Shown: positions 61,652 to 64,000 of the stretch, one piece after another
Numbering within the stretch: position 1 is the first letter of the stretch
Layout: every line of letters begins with the position of its first letter
NCBI RefSeq assembly: GCF_902713615.1
Contig: NC_052153.1
Coordinates: forward strand, 20,723,323 to 20,787,322
Source of the DNA: Scyliorhinus canicula
Lineage: Eukaryota
Length of the DNA: 64,000 bases
Reading direction: 5' to 3'
Program-made: the position numbers and the translations under genes
The notes under the pieces: model-generated
The model's input: only the letters and a program-made list of their open reading frames with translations
Told to the model about the DNA's origin: nothing
Databases searched by the model: none

Positions 61652-64000
61652 TAAGCTTAGAGTGTAACTTGAAAACAGGTGACATAGTGGTGGTGTGGTA
61701 GAAGCCTTGCCCATTGAAGACATTCAATTAATTCTAAGGAATGGTATTACATGATCACTTGTGGTTTTAAAAATCGGGAAACAGGCACCATGGTTGCTGA
61801 GGAGAGAGGGGGGTATGAAAGGTGTCCAACATCGCTGCAGTGTGCTGACAGTTGTGCCGCTGGCCGAGGGAACTCCACCAGGGTCGGCGGGGGACGGCCA
61901 GAAGGTGGGTCATGGGGTGGGGGTGGACGGACATGGAACACCATTACCGCTGTCTGCAAGACAGCCATGTGACTGCGCGCGTCGCTGACTGCCCACTGTA
62001 AGCTTAATGCCACGGGCCGTATGGTTGTCCCCCCCAGGCCACCCCACCAGTACCCTCTGGCCCCCGCCAACCCATCAATGGGCTGGGCGCAGTCCAGCGC
62101 AAACAGTGTCAGCTTGTTGGCTGGGATGAGTGTGTGTGGTGAGTGGAGTGCAAATATGCGGCTGCAGCTTGTCAGACTCGAGTGCCAGTCCTGACCCCAG
62201 CAAAGCTGGTTACCTTTCCCATTTGAATCAATCGTGTTCCACGTGACCCAGGTGCTAGTCCATTAATGGTGGTTGAATTGCTCCGGGTCCGGCACCCATT
62301 TTGTTGTCGTGGAATTCTACCGATTCGGTCCCGGCGTCAGCACTTAGTCCCTGAAACGGATAATCCCGCCAAAGGTGTTTGGGAGGAAGGACGCGCCTGC
62401 AACTGTTCAAAGGCTCATGGACAGAGCGAATCGAGGATGGAGTCACTGTGCCGTCGACAATAATGACTTAGTGGTGTTCAGCGCGAAGTGGGAAGAGCAC
62501 CTGCGCCACATAAAGGAACAGTTTGACCGCTTAGAAGAAGATAATTCGGTGAGAAACCAGACAAAAAGAAAATTGGCTGCGGTCCAAACTTTCATATCTG
62601 GGGCACACAGTGGGACATGGTCAAAGAGCACAGCAAGATGCAAATTTACAGGCCACGTGGCACTTCCTGGAACCCACCACCAGGAAGGAAACTTTACATC
62701 TGGGGCTGGCGTTACAGCATTGAGATTTAAGTTGCCAACAAGCTAGCAGAGACAATCAGAGATACGCACCAGAATCACTTCAAAGTTTATGGAGACATTT
62801 CAAGATTGGGTCATTTGGTCAATCTATTGCAACCGTAATCTTGCATTCGGCTGCGAGAGATCATTGCGGATGCTTTACGCCGAGTATGAAGAAACTTCTG
62901 GGAACAGTGGGGAACTTTCTGGGGTATTTTTCTCTGTTAATACATGCTTTTGAGTTTTGTAATATGTAAGAAGATGGAACTAAAAAGAGAAGGGTTGAGA
63001 AATGAAAGTCTCTCAACTTTAAGACATTTCATTTTTATAAAGCGGGGGGGCGGAGGGGGGGAAATGTCATGAACCTTCCTGGAGACAGCTGTAGACAGTG
63101 TTCAACAGGGCCTCAATTGGTATGTGCTTCCCGGTAGCAAGAGTACAACGGCAGTTTAGATAATAATCGAGCATGAACGGCATATCGAGGAGAAACAGAT
63201 TATAGACAATTGGGAAGGTCCCTGAATTAAACATATAGTAATGTATAGCCAAGGAGGTAGATAGGGACAATCAGCTGAACACACAGAAGGGATAATCAAA
63301 GAATCACGAAGGAGGGGTTATTGGGTTACGGGGATGGGGTGGAAGTGAGGGCTTAAGTGGGTCGGTGCAGACTCGATGGGCCGAATGGCCTCCTTCTGCA
63401 CTGTATGTTCTATGTATAATTGCCAAACACTGAGAAGGGAGGAAGGGCAGTTACCATCCAGCTCTCTCAGAAAGCAGACAGGCCAATGTCCAGCCAGCGA
63501 GCTGAAGGTCAAGTTTACAGCAAACAAGCTTCTAAGTCTTGGAGCAAAGGCAGTGCAGAGAATGTTCGGACCAGCAGTTTTAAAATATCTTCGCTGGAGA
63601 AGGAAAAGAGGGTTCCCAGATTTGAGTGTCATCGTGTATTGTGTGGCAACTAAAGCTGGTTATTCAATTCGAATGTTGTTTGGGGAACAGGAGAAGTCTT
63701 ATAAAGTTAATGTAACAAGGGGTGCAATCTACATAAACGGTGTGTAGTTAATAATTCATACATCTTAAATTGCATGAGAGATCCAACATCACAATAGGTT
63801 TGTAAACTGGGTTAGTTTGAAGCAGCAGACCCCATAACCAGTTCCGGTGAAGGATCTGAAGCTTCTCGGACTGTTACTCTCTTGCTGATTTAACGAGGAG
63901 TGCATGTGGCCAGGTGGAAGATCTGAACAAGTTCACTTTGTGAAGGGAAAATTAACAATGGTGATGTCATCAATCAGTTGATTCACTGATGCGGAGATGC

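Larger units (their letters stand above)
59640..64000 (+). mobile_element. Degenerate Gypsy element with nested insertions; probable 3' LTR from about 63064
   Basis: Gag LLEEFKGSLP..ELADDY, zinc knuckle CFHCNKPGNTKSLC, RT remnant APATVQRLM..DLVVFS.WEEHL, and a purine tract at 63040-63063. Confidence 0.7.

Overview
Repeat-rich vertebrate DNA, most likely from an elasmobranch (shark): it carries HE1/V-SINE-type tRNA SINEs with CR1-derived tails, CR1, L1/Tx1, Rex-Babar, Gypsy, ERV, Harbinger and hAT elements. The only intact host gene I can support is a two-exon insulin/relaxin-superfamily preprohormone on the minus strand. It has TATA at 9305-9311, exon 1 at 9231-9063 (signal peptide + B chain, missed by the ORF track because its ORF is only 59 codons), a phase-1 intron and exon 2 at 5855-5527 (C peptide + A chain), 165 aa in total. 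It keeps all six canonical cysteines but lacks the relaxin RxxxRxxI/V receptor cassette. At least three decayed paralogous pieces lie between the transposons: exon 1 at 54437-54607 (+), exon 1 at 41559-41710 (-) and exon 2 at 51914-52086 (-). Between the intact gene and the 54.4 kb copy, sampled intron blocks are about 90% identical while the B-chain helix codons are only about 40-50% identical. This suggests a lineage-specific, rapidly diversifying, birth-and-death cluster of relaxin-like peptides. All alignments were done by eye and repeat boundaries are approximate unless a TSD is given.
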